A stretch of DNA of 64,000 nt, taken from assembly GCA_002269645.1 (NCBI GenBank), contig NIVC01001639.1, positions 1 to 64,000 on the forward strand. Reading direction: 5' to 3'. This DNA comes from Macrostomum lignano. Lineage: Eukaryota. Both the position numbers and the translations under genes were made by a program. Below are positions 36,211 to 52,034 of the stretch, one piece after another; position 1 is the stretch's first letter, and every line of letters begins with the position of its first letter. The notes under the pieces are model-generated. The model was not told where the DNA came from. It did no database searches and worked only from the letters and a program-made list of their open reading frames with translations.

Positions 36211-36821
36211 GTATGCGACAGCAGGTCCCGAGTACTTGGTGCAGCCAATTCCCATTTCTGACCAGCTCCCATTGTGCTGAGCAAGCGGGTCGCATTCCAG
36301 CTTTCGCAGTCAGTAACAATGGGCCAGAAGATTTTATCGAAGACTGCAGGCAGCAAATTGCTAGCCTGAGATCTCCTCAGAAAATTTTCATTATCAATAG
36401 AACGTGTCTTTTTTCTTTAAAAAATTCTTCTCTTTAAGGAAAGAATCAGCCATGCAGCAATTTCCTCTCCCAGTCTCCCCCCTGTTCCCCATCAATTGAT
36501 GCAGCAGCAGTAAGAATCAGATTCTGGGACGCAACTATTTGATCAGTCGCTGGCCTCTCAGGCCGACAGTCTGAGCAGCAGCCTCGACACTTGAGCTCGC
36601 TAAGCCAGCCGAAATCATTTCTTGGTCTGTTCAAATCTTTGGATTGCTCGGGCGGGAAGCCGCTGCGATTAGGGGGGGGGGGCAACCAGACCGGCCTAGC
36701 AACGAAGTTGGTTCGGGAAAAACTATTGTTGCGCTTGGAAACCAGAAGCAATAGGTCGGTGGGAAAAGAAATGAGTCTAAATTTAGAAATGGGGCAAAGA
36801 GAAAAAGAATATGGAACTACA

Positions 36822-37300
36822 GAAGTGTGAATGGAGTGACTGTAGAAGTGTGAATGGAGTGACTACAGAAGTGTTAATGGAGTGACTACAGAAGCGTGAA
36901 TGGAGTGACTGCAGAAGTGTGAATGGAGTGACTACAGAAGCGTGAATGTAGTGATTGCAGAAGTGTGAATGGAGTGACTACGGAAGTGTGAATGGAGTGA
37001 CTGTAGAAGTGTGAATGGAGTGACTACAGAAGTGTGAATGGAGTGACTACAGAAGCGTGAATGGAGTGACTGCAGAAGTGTGAATGGAGTGACTACAGAA
37101 GCGTGAATGTAGTGATTGCAGAAGTGTGAATGGAGTGACTACGGAAGTGTGAATGGAGTGACTGTAGAAGTGTGAATGGAGTGACTGCAGGTGTGAATGG
37201 AGTGACTACAGAAGCGTGAATGTAGTGACTGCAGAAGTGTGAATGGAGTGACTACATAAGTGTGAATGGGGTGACTACAGAAGTGTGAATGGAGTGACAA
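36822..37300. repeat. 23-bp minisatellite (GTGAATGGAGTGACTACAGAAGT)
   Basis: Direct periodicity. Confidence 0.95.
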
Positions 37301-37649
37301 CATAAGCAATAATTCAGTGCTAACAGAAAGTGCGAAGAGGACCAGACATCAATAATAAATAAGTTTCGGGTGAAAACTCTAGCCATTTAAACTTGACCAG
37401 ACAGAAAGACCTCCCCCTCACGCACCGCTAAATTTTGAATTTTTAAAGTTCATTCAACTGTAAAATATTTCTCGGCAAATTTCTAATAAATGTAATGAGT
37501 ACAAAAACTGGAGCCAGGGCTTGACTAGTCTAAGAGCCTTTGACAGATTTCAAGTCGGTTGCAAAGCTCCTTTGGGATTTGAGGGTGGTAAATTCAAGGG
37601 AAAATTATCCCACTAGTCTGGGAAGAATTTATTTTTTCGCTAGGTTGAA

Positions 37650-38250
37650 CGAGAGAGGGTAAAACAGAGGGTTGAAGCAGAGAGGGTAAAACAGAGGTTT
37701 GAAGGAGAGAGGGTAAAACAGAGGGTTGAAGCAGAGAGGGTAAAACAGAGGTTTGAAGGAGAGAGGGTAAAACAGAAGGTAGAAGAGGAGAGGGTAAAAC
37801 AGAGGGTTCAAGGGGAGAGGGTAAAACAGAGGGTAGAAGAGGAGAGGGTAAAACAGAGGGTTCAAGGGGAGAGGGTAAAACAGAGGGTAGAAGAGGAGAG
37901 GGTAAAACAGAGGGTTCAAGGGGAGAGGGTAAAACAGAGGGTTCAAGGGGAGAGGGTAAAACAGAGGGTTTAAGAGGAGAGGGTAAAACAGAGGGTTTAA
38001 GAGGAGAGGGTAAAACAGAGGTTTGAAGGAGAGAGGGTAAAACAGAGGGTAGAAGAGGAGAGGGTAAAACAGAGGGTTCAAGGGGAGAGGGGAAACCAGA
38101 GGGTTGAAGGAGAGAGGGTAAAACAGAGGGTTGAAGCAGAGAGGGTAAAACAGAGGGTTGAAGCAGAGAGGGTAAAACAGAGGGTTGAAGCAGAGAGGGT
38201 AAAACAGAGGGTAGAAGAGGAGAGGGTAAAACAGAGGGTTGAAGGGGAGA
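37650..38250. repeat. 27-bp minisatellite (AGAGGGTAAAACAGAGGGTTGAAGCAG)
   Basis: Direct periodicity. Confidence 0.95.
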
Positions 38251-38614
38251 AGGAAGGCAATCTACATGACTCATGTAGACTTCGTCAATTCCAGAATAGA
38301 AAACCTCTGCACAAGCCGGACGCTCGCACAAGATTTCCAGCTCTGCGGCCCCCCTCGCCCCAGATTAATTGTTTCTTTGCTAGCTGGAACAACAACAGCA
38401 GCAGCAGATTGAGCTGGCGGCAGCTGCTGGCTGGCTTAGTGGCGCAGAGAGGGAGAAGGGGGAGAGGGACACGTCAGCACAGTTAGAGCCTTTCCGACTT
38501 CTTTTCCCTAAATTCTAGGAATAAATTCACGAGATCCCCCTGTGGGTCATCGCAGAGTCAAAACATTTCTTTTGCTTTTGTTAGCGTGCAGCGACGAACC
38601 AGTTTGTCCCGGCC

Positions 38615-42387
<3,773 letters not shown>

Positions 42388-42489
42388 AACTATTTTAACG
42401 TGAAAAGATTGCGTGAATCGGAGTGAAAATGACTGAGCGAGTGAATTTCACAGATAATTAGTCAATGTGTGACTACAAAGGGACAGTAT

Positions 42490-43615
42490 TCGAAAAATGA
42501 GTGAACATAGACTGGAAATGTGTGAAAATGAGTGAAAATGGACTGGAAATGCGTGAAAATGAGTGAAAATGGACTGGAAATGTGTGAAAATGAGTGAACA
42601 TGGACTGGAAATGTGTGAAAATGAGTGAACATGGACTGGAAATGTGTGAAAATGAGTGAACATGGACTGGAAATGTGTGAAAATGAGTGAAAATGGACTG
42701 GAAATGTGTGAAAATGAGTGAACATGGACTGGAAATGTGTGAAAATGAGTGAAAATGGACTGGAAATGTGTGAAAATGAGTGAACATGGACTGGAAATGT
42801 GTGAAAATGAGTGAACATGGACTGGAAATGTGTGAAAATGAGTGAAAATGGACTGGAAATGTGTGAAAATGAGTGAACATGGACTGGAAATGTGTGAAAA
42901 TGAGTGAACATGGACTGGAAATGTGTGAAAATGAGTGAACATGGACTGGAAATGTGTGAAAATGAGTGAACATGGACTGGAAATGTGTGAAAATGAGTGA
43001 ACATGGACTGGAAATGTGTGAAAATGAGTGAACATGGACTGGAAATGTGTGAAAATGAGTGAACATAGACTGGAAATGTGTGAAAATGAGTGAAAATGGA
43101 CTGGAAATGTGTGAAAATGAGTGAAAATGGACTGGAAATGTGTGAAAATGAGTGAACATGGACTGGAAATGTGTGAAAATGAGTGAACATAGACTGGAAA
43201 TGTGTGAAAATGAGTGAACATAGACTGGAAATGTGTGAAAATGAGTGAAAATGGACTGGAAATGTGTGAAAATGAGTGAAAATGGACTGGAAATGTGTGA
43301 AAATGAGTGAACATGGACTGGAAATGTGTGAAAATGAGTGAACATAGACTGGAAATGTGTGAAAATGAGTGAACATGGACTGGAAATGTGTGAAAATGAG
43401 TGAACATAGACTGGAAATGTGTGAAAATGAGTGAACATAGACTGGAAATGTGTGAAAATGAGTGAACATGGACTGGAAATGTGTGAAAATGAGTGAACAT
43501 GGACTGGAAATGTGTGAAAATGAGTGAACATGGACTGGAAATGTGTGAAAATGAGTGAACATGGACTGGAAATGTGTGAAAATGAGTGAACATGGACTGG
43601 AAATGGACTGAGTGA
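42490..43615. repeat. 31-bp minisatellite (GAGTGAACATGGACTGGAAATGTGTGAAAAT)
   Basis: Direct periodicity, immediately downstream of the PDI-D stop codon. Confidence 0.97.
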
Positions 43616-44169
43616 AAATAGAGTGGCAGGTGTCAATGGCAGACAGACGGTTTTATTAGTTAGTGATTAATGTTAGAAGTAAAAACATTTCGCCTTCAAC
43701 GCAATTAGTAACAGGTGTGTTATTAATGCGTAAATAATGGCTTATAAACTGAAGTTTAACGCAATTTCTCAACCCTCACGTCATCATAAAAAAACCGATG
43801 CACCCTACCCGCCCCATATCGCTTCCACTTAATACGCCAAATAAATATATAAGTCATAAAAACTGAATCAATCGATTCAATTCATGAATAAACTTGCTAG
43901 GAGTTTAAAATTGTCCAAACAATTCCAATATTAGCAAATTCAAGTAAAAACTGCACCAAGGAATCATGCGCAACACTGGCTACAGAGAAAAATGTATTGT
44001 ATAATTTGAAATGTTGATTCTAACATAAAAAAATTGCTGAAGATGGGTGCTTAGTGGCTTTTGGAATGGGGAATATAGAAATAGGGATTTGGGAGTTTAG
44101 ATGCAGGGTTTCGACTAGACTTGGAAGCAGATTATGATTAGAAAGCTGCACTGCAAAGGAAGTAGCATA

Positions 44170-44656
44170 AGTCAGTCAGTCAGTCAGTCAGTCAGTCAGT
44201 CAGTCAGTCAGTCAGTCAGTCAGTCAGTCAGTCAGTCAGTCAGTCAGTCAGTCAGTCACCCATTCACTCAAGACAGTCAGTCAGTCAGTCAGTCAGTCAG
44301 TCAGTCAGTCAGTCAGTCAGTCAGTCAGTCAGTCAGTCAGTCAGTCAGTCAGTCAGTCAGTCAGTCAGTCAGTCAGTCAGTCAGTCAGTCAGTCAGTCAG
44401 TCAGTCAGTCAGTCAGTCAGTCAGTCAGTCAGTCAGTCAGTCAGTCAGTCAGTCAGTCAGTCAGTCAGTCAGTCAGTCAGTCAGTCAGTCAGTCAGTCAG
44501 TCAGTCAGTCAGTCAGTCAGTCAGTCAGTCAGTCAGTCAGTCAGTCAGTCAGTCAGTCAGTCAGTCAGTCAGTCAGTCAGTCAGTCAGTCAGTCAGTCAG
44601 TCAGTCAGTCAGTCAGTCAGTCAGTCAGTCAGTCAGTCAGTCAGTCAGTCAGTCAG
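44170..44656. repeat. (CAGT)n microsatellite with one short interruption, overlapping the MVD stop codon
   Basis: Direct periodicity. Confidence 0.98.
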
Positions 44657-46250
44657 AATCAAACCAAGCGGCCGCCTCCGCCTGTGGAATATCGAGCGCC
44701 CCCCGGCCGAGCCGGCAGATCAGCAGCGATTCGATCCGGTGGCGCGCAGTCGCCCCCTCGCCGCCGCTGCCGTCGCCAGCCCAGTCTGAGGGAACCTTCG
44801 AATTGTCGGCCGCCTCGCCTAAGTCGCCGACCACCTGGCCGATGTCGAAGGCCCGCTGCAGACAACCAGCAGCCAGGTGTACATCGGCCGGCTGGGCCAG
44901 CAGGCAGACGTTCGGGCCGGCATCCGCTGTGTAGCCGAGAACGACTCGGCCGGAGGCTTCGTTCAGCCGGTGCACGAAGTCGATGATGGCGCGCGAAGCG
45001 TCGGTCAGGTAGTGCACGGGCGGGTAGGTGTCCGCGCACACCGCATGCAGGCAGTTGCTGTCCCGCATGGACATCTCGGCCAGGCTAGCGAAGTCGCGGC
45101 CGGCCACCGCCTCGCGCACCGCGGCCAGCCTGTCGGGCAGGCAGCTCAGCCTGGCCGGAAGCAGCGAGCTGGTGGCCACGGTCCGCGCCATTGCCTGGGT
45201 GGACGGCGCCGATTTGGCGCCGGCGCCAACTACGCAGACGAGGACGCGCAGGTCCCAGTGGCCGGCCGAGGCCAGCTGGCTGGCGGTCGAGTCCACGCCG
45301 TCCGGACGCTGGCCGGCCGACCATTCGGCGAAGCCGGCGAACAGAGAGCGGCAGGCGGAGCCGGAGCCGAGCCGGGCCACCGTGCTGAGCCAGCGAAGGG
45401 TGTCGGCGCTGACGGTGCGGAGGAAGGGAATGGGTGTACAACTGGGGTGCTAGACTGACAAGATTACAACCATAACTGACAAGACTACAGCCACAGCTGA
45501 CAAGATAACAATCACAGCTGACAAGATAACAATCACAGCTGACAAGATAACAGCCCTAGCTGACAAGATAACAGCCCCAGCAGACAAGATAACAGCCCCA
45601 GCTGACAAGATAACAACCACAGCTGACAAAATAACAGCTCCAGCTGACAAGATAACAGCCCTAGCTGACAAGATAACAGCCCCAGCTGACAAGATAACAG
45701 CCCCAGCTGACAAGATAACAACCACAGCTGACAAAATAACAGCCCCAGCTGACAAAATAACAGCCCTAGCTGACAAGATAACAGCCCCAGCTGACAAGAT
45801 AACAGCCCCAGCTGACAGCTACACTCACTCGCAGCTGTCCGAACCGCCGTCGCCCACAATTCCGTACAGCCTGGCGACGGCAACCGCAAAGGCGCACAAA
45901 CCCGAAGAGGAGCTGGCGAGGCCGGCAGCCGTGGGGAAGCTGTTCCTGGTGGCAACCCGCACCTTCCAGCTGGCCAAGTCCTGGCCCCGCTGGCAACGCT
46001 GACGCAGCGACTGCAGTACAGCGCGCATCCGGTCAGTAACCTCGACCGGTTTGCCGTTCAACTCAACAAAATCTTCGGCAAATTCTGGCGAAGCCGTTGC
46101 CATAGTAACCGTGCGCATCAGCTGGTCGTCAAGGGTAACGCTGATAGAGTTATTTAGCGGCAGCACCAGCCTGCTGTCTCGCTTGCCCCAGTATTTAATT
46201 AGCGCCAAGTTTGGCGCCGCCGCCGCGTAGGCAATAAAACTTTCGTCAGA
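44649..46250 (-). CDS. MVD: Diphosphomevalonate decarboxylase; start codon in an unresolved upstream micro-exon (candidate ATG|gt at 46710-46708)
   Basis: Exons 46250-45829 and 45408-44649. Motifs PNLALIKYWGKRD, NSFPTAAGLASSSSG, ARLGSGSACRSL, DSNCLHAVCADTYPP and YTADAGPN. Confidence 0.93.
45465..45818. repeat. 21-bp minisatellite (CAGCTGACAAGATAACAGCCC) forming most of an MVD intron
   Basis: Direct periodicity. Confidence 0.95.
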
Positions 46251-46339
46251 CTGCAAAATGCACGTAAAATCAAACACTACTATGAGTAGCACTGAATTTT
46301 ACTATAAATAGCTTTGTAACTATAAAATGGAATCTATAT

Positions 46340-46625
46340 AATTCCATCCTACTATAAGTAGCATCTCAACTGGAAAACTCGAATTCTATCCTACTATAAG
46401 TAGCATCTCGACTAGAAAACTCGAATTCTATCCTACCATAAGTAGCATCTCGACTGGAAAACTCGAATTCTATCCTACTATAAGTAGTATCTCAACAGGA
46501 AAACTCGAATTTTATCCTACCATAAGTAGCATCTCGACTGGAAAACTCGAATTCTATCCTACTATAAGTAGGATCTCGACTGGAAAACTCGAATTTTATC
46601 CTACTATAAGTAGCATCTCAACTAC
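46340..46625. repeat. 42-bp minisatellite (CTCGAATTCTATCCTACTATAAGTAGCATCTCGACTGGAAAA)
   Basis: About 7 tandem units. Confidence 0.93.
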
Positions 46626-47585
46626 AAAACCCTAAACACTATTGCAAGCGGGCGTAAATCTAAAGCTAGAAGTTATTTGTAACTTTATATAAGCAGTTGA
46701 CTTGTACCATGGATTAATAAATCAAGGTGAATTAAAAGTAAGCAAACAAACAAGGATCACTTAGTTAATACATAAGAGTATGACAGACTTTCACCTGTAG
46801 GCTGTCACATTGCCAGTTACATAAGCGCCTTGTATATTTCGCTCAATTGGGAAGTGGACTTTAAGATAACTTCTGTCTAAGAGTGGAGATTTGAGTGTAG
46901 CTGAGACAGGGGAGACACTGGGGCAGTTACCGGTAGTTAAATCCAAAAACCTGTGGTAATTAGACTGAGGGAGGCCAGGGGTTGGGGGCGCAAAAGCTTT
47001 AAAACAGTACTCGCGCATTATTCTGGTTGAATTTGCTACAAAAACACAGCTGGATACGGCACTGCTATTTGCGCACGGAATTATTAATCAAACGTATTTG
47101 TATTTAACAATAATAGATGCACACACATATATACTACTGCTATTCTTATCAGTAATCCGCTCAAATAAGTAGTACGTATAGCATGCATAAATAAATGAAT
47201 AAATAAATATTATGAAGACACACAAATTCTCACACTGATTACATAAACCCTGCATACAGGACAGACAGAGAGCAGTCTGGGGGGACCGAGACCCAGCAAC
47301 CCCGAAGCCCATTTGACCCCTAGAAGACGGCGCCTAGAATATATAACATAACAATGATAATAGTTAACAGTATTGTAGCACTGATAAATAGCAGGTACAT
47401 TCTCCATCGAGGGGCGAAGAGGGGAGGGCAGGCGTTGGGGCGTCGGCTCCATTAATGCTAAGGAAACACCATCTGCAAAGTCTTTATTGTATTATTATCA
47501 TTAATTCTTATGATGCGCGGCAAAAACATATGATTAATAGTTGATAATAATAATAACAATAATCATTATTATCATTATCTATAGA

Positions 47586-50500
47586 TTAGCAGCATCCGCC
47601 ACCGCCAGACTTGACCGGCTGAGTGCCCGGGTTGACTTTGATGGCCGGCCGAGTCTTTTGGTCGGCTGTCACAGGCCCCATTCGTGCCTTGATCTCCGAG
47701 GCCATGGACAAGAACGCCTGCTCCACGTTGGTGGCGTTCTTGGCGCTGGTCTCCAGGAATTGAATGCCCAGGGACTCGGCGTATTCCTGGTGGGTTGAGG
47801 GGTCAGGTGTGCAACTGGGTGTACAGTGGGGTCTGTGGGAGTGTGGCAGTGGGTGTACAGTGGGTCTATGGGGTGCGCAACTGGGTGTACAGTGGGGTCT
47901 GTGTGGTGTGCGACTGGGTGTACAGTGGGTCTATGGGGTGCGCAACTGGGTGTACAGTGGGGTCTGTGGGGGTGTACAACTGGGTGTACAGTGGGGTCTG
48001 TGGGAGTGTGGCAGTGGGCGTACAGTGGGGTCTGTGGGGGTGTGAGTGTGGCAGTGTGTGAACTGTGAGGATGACTGGTTGTACAATCGGGTCGGTCTGT
48101 GGGTGTACATAAAGGGTTTCGAGAACAACCAGAGTACACTGGGATTCAAGGTTAACATCAACAGAAAGTAGCCTCACCTTGGCGGTGGCAAAGTCCACCA
48201 CCTTGTTGGCCGTGAGGTCGCACTTGTTTCCCACTAGCAGGCGGTTGACGCTGTCGGAGGCGTAGCGCTCGATCTCCTGCAGCCAGTTCTTCACGTTGTT
48301 GAAAGAGTCCTGGTCGGTGACGTCATAGACTACGATGATGCCGTGGGCGCCGCGATAGTAGGATGAGGTGATGGTGCGGAACCGCTCCTGGCCGGCCGTG
48401 TCCCAGATCTAGAATGATGGTTGCGAAAGCAGAATTATATTTGTATGACCAGATTCTGTTGTGACTGCAATCTAGTCTGACCAGATACTGTTGTGACTGC
48501 AATCTAGTCTGACCAGATTCTGTTGTGACTGCAATCTAGTCTGACCAGATTCTGTTGTGACTGCAATCTAGTCTGACCAGATTCTGTTGTGACTGCAATC
48601 CAGTCTGACCAGATTCTGTTGTGACTGCAATCTAGTCTGACCAGATTCTGTTGTGACTGCAATCCAGTCTGACCAGATTCTGTTGTGACTGCAATCCAGC
48701 CTGATTAAAGATTATATTGTGACTGCAATCCAGTCTGACCAGATTATATTGTGACTGCAATCTAGTCTGGCTAGATTCTGTTGTGACTGCAATCCAGTCT
48801 GACCAGATTCTGTTGTGACTGCAATCTAGTCTGACCAGATTCTGTTGTGACTGCAATCCAGTCTGACCAGATTCTGTTGTGACTGCAATCCAGCCTGATT
48901 AAAGATTATATTGTGACTGCAATCCAGTCTGACCAGATTATATTGTGACTGCAATCTAGTCTGGCTAGATTCTGTTGTGACTGCAATCCAGTCTGACCAG
49001 ATTCTGTTGTGACTGCAATCTAGTCTGACCAGATTCTGTTGTGACTGCAATCCAGTCTGACCAGATTCTGTTGTGACTGCAATCTAGTCTGACCAGATTC
49101 TGTTGTGACTGCAATCCAGTCTGACCAGATTCTGTTGTGACTGCAATCCAGCCTGATTAAAGATTATATTGTGACTGCAATCCAGTCTGACCAGATTCTG
49201 TTGTGACTGCAATCTAGTCTGACCAGATTCTGTTGTGACTGCAATCCAGTCTGACCAGATTCTGTTGTGACTGCAATCTAGTCTGACCAGATTCTGTTGT
49301 GACTGCAATCCAGTCTGACCAGATTCTGTTGTGACTGCAATCCAGCCTGATTAAAGATTATATTGTGACTGCAATCCAGTCTGACCAGATTATATTGTGA
49401 CTGCAATCTAGTCTGACCAGATTCTGTTGTGACTGCAATCCAGTCTGACCAGATTCTGTTGTGACTGCAATCCAGCCTGATTAAAGATTATATTGTGACT
49501 GCAATCCAGTCTGACCAGATTATATTGTGACTGCAATCCAGTCTGACCAGATTCTAATGTGACAAAGCTAATATTTGCAGTAAAAAATTGAAGTTCCTAA
49601 AAATTGAAAAAAAAACATAAATAACCTGCAGCTTGATAGTTTTGCCATCCAGTTCAATAGTTCGAATCTTGAAATCCACGCCAATGGTACTGATGTAGCT
49701 GTCTGTGTAAGTGTCATCAGCAAAGCGCAGCAGAAGGCAGCTTTTACCAACACCCGAGTCGCCAATAAGCAACAGCTTGAACAGGTAGTCGCTGATAGGT
49801 TTGGGCAAGGAAGTGAAGGAAAGTAAGTATTACATTACAGTTTGATTTTTTATCCAAAAAGTACAAATATACTGTAATATACTATTAATAATTGCTTCAA
49901 AACTGTCTTTAAGAATTTAGATTTTTTGTAAGATATGCTAACAAAAATTCTCAAAAGTCTAGATTAGCATGTCATATTAGTAATTAGATACAATGGTATA
50001 ATATATCATACTATAACATCTGCATAATATGCCATATTGCAATAATAATCTTATATAACATAAAGCAGGTAAATTAGGCAGCTTTAAACACTTTAAATGT
50101 TTGAACAATCCACCTCACTGTTTCACTTGCCATCATTCTAACCCACTCTCTTGTTGCATCATTATGTATCTTTTTGCCCTATGAATTTTATACAGTAATA
50201 TGTATGTAAAATTAATTATTTATGTATTTATTTATTCCATTTGCCCTAATGTGCAATGGGCAAATGTGCAAAGATCAGCTCAGCTATAGTCTACTGCATG
50301 GTGCATCTGAAGGCTGCATATGGCTGTTTAGTCCAATGACTAAGGGGTTGCCATGTATACTTTCAATTATCCTAACTAATGCAAGTATCCATTTTATAGC
50401 TGGGTGAACTAAAGCAATGCAGAATTATGTTTTGTTTAAGGATTCAAATAAGATTGGGAATCAAACCCAAAACCTTTTAATCATAAGTCCAATGCTCTAA

Positions 50501-51660
50501 CCACTAGGCTATAACCCCCGTAATATATATTTGCCTTAACTAACTACCTCTAATGCCCAAGGTGCATGCATATCATCATGGGTTTTTTATATGTTGCTCC
50601 CCTTAATCATAGAGAATATCATTGCAGGGGTAGATCCAAAGGAGGGGCCAAGGGAGCCATGGCCCCCCTTAGCTGCGGCCAAAGAAATTTTGATCATATT
50701 TTTTGGCTTGCTACTATGCCAAATCTTTTTTATTTTAATTTCTTTTAATTCTAATTTAGTTTATTGGCAAAAAAAATATATTTGATTGCTTTGGGACCTA
50801 CCTTGCTATGTTTTTTGTTTATACTCCCACTTTGCCCATGTCTACCTCTGTTTTAAACATAGAAATAAATAATAAATAAAATAATTTAATTTATACAAGT
50901 TTAGAAAAATACTTAAGCATATTATATTTCTAATATAATACATGCTATTAATATTTAACAAATAAGTTTTAGTTTATACCACATATATATATATATATAA
51001 TAGTTTAGCCTATAATAGAAAGAGAAGTTTAAAATTCTTAAAATCTTTTTGTTTGTCTATTTTATTTATTTAATTAGGCTTATAGCCTAATTTTTTTATA
51101 TTGATTATTTTAAACAATTAGCTAATCTTTAAATTAAAAAGAAATCTTTACTTTATAATAGTTACCTACTACATAATAATTTGTCAAGTTATTAACTTAA
51201 CTATGTATTATTTCAAATGGTTTAAAGATATTTTTTTCTAATAGGAACATTTTAATATAAAATTAAAAAATAACCTGTAAAACTAAGAAAGTTAACTCAG
51301 TGACAACCTTTGTCACATTAACCATTAGGTCTAGCCATTGCAATTTGAATATCACAAAAGATACAATACTGTCAACATAGATGGTTAAAATACATACATT
51401 CATTATCCTTTATGACACCAAAGCAAGATAGGTAAGCAAAGTTTAATTTTATTTAATATGCAGCATTATCAATTTATATCTTAGCTATATCTTATATTAT
51501 ATATCTGATTTTATATTTCATATCTATACTACTTTAGGTCTAGACTACTATAGATACAAACAAAGTAAAAAAGCATGAGTGTATAACCCAGTGAGATAAC
51601 AGGAAAGCTACTAAATGAGCAAAGAATGATTCAAATCGTTACTTACTATTCTGGAGTCAT
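47586..51660 (-). CDS. RAB1: Ras-related protein Rab1, 4 coding exons, 203 aa
   Basis: Exons 51660-51647 (MTPEY), 49791-49626, 48408-48178 and 47786-47586. Motifs [59 protein letters not shown] and a C-terminal CC prenylation motif. Confidence 0.97.
47805..48065. repeat. Irregular 32-34-bp minisatellite (GGGTGTACAGTGGGGTCTGTGG core) in a Rab1 intron
   Basis: Direct periodicity. Confidence 0.9.
48445..49555. repeat. 32-bp minisatellite (GACCAGATTCTGTTGTGACTGCAATCTAGTCT) with higher-order duplication, in a Rab1 intron
   Basis: Direct periodicity; identical ORFs at 48632 and 48826 show a 194-bp higher-order unit. Confidence 0.97.
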
Positions 51661-51924
51661 CTATATGAGTACGGAAATTTAGTTACTAAGTAACAAATAC
51701 AAAATACTACACAACAATTTCAATAAGTAAGCTCAAGTGAAGGTGGAACTCCACTTTCAAGGAATCAACATTTAAATCCTAGACAACGCTTGTTGTTTAA
51801 AGTAAAACAAAGTGAAAAAAATCTGCAACAATTTGAGGTAAAAAGTAACAGTAGACTTACTTTTTCTATTTTAAAATAAAATAATTTTTGTTATTTTTTA
51901 AATAAAGTAGCAAAAAAGCGTTTC

Positions 51925-51938
51925 GTCTCTCTAGTAAC
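51925..51938 (+). promoter_or_regulatory. Candidate RFX X-box upstream of the ciliary gene AK7
   Basis: GTCTCT-CT-AGTAAC fits the 14-bp X-box pattern and lies about 97 bp upstream of the AK7 ATG. A second palindromic GTTAC-TAA-GTAAC lies at 51682-51694. Confidence 0.5.
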
Positions 51939-52034
51939 ACATAGAACTATGTTCATTTTAAATTACTTATTATAAAACACTACGAGAGGAATCCAAATAG
52001 TGAGTGATTAGTACGCACCAAAACTGTCAACATA

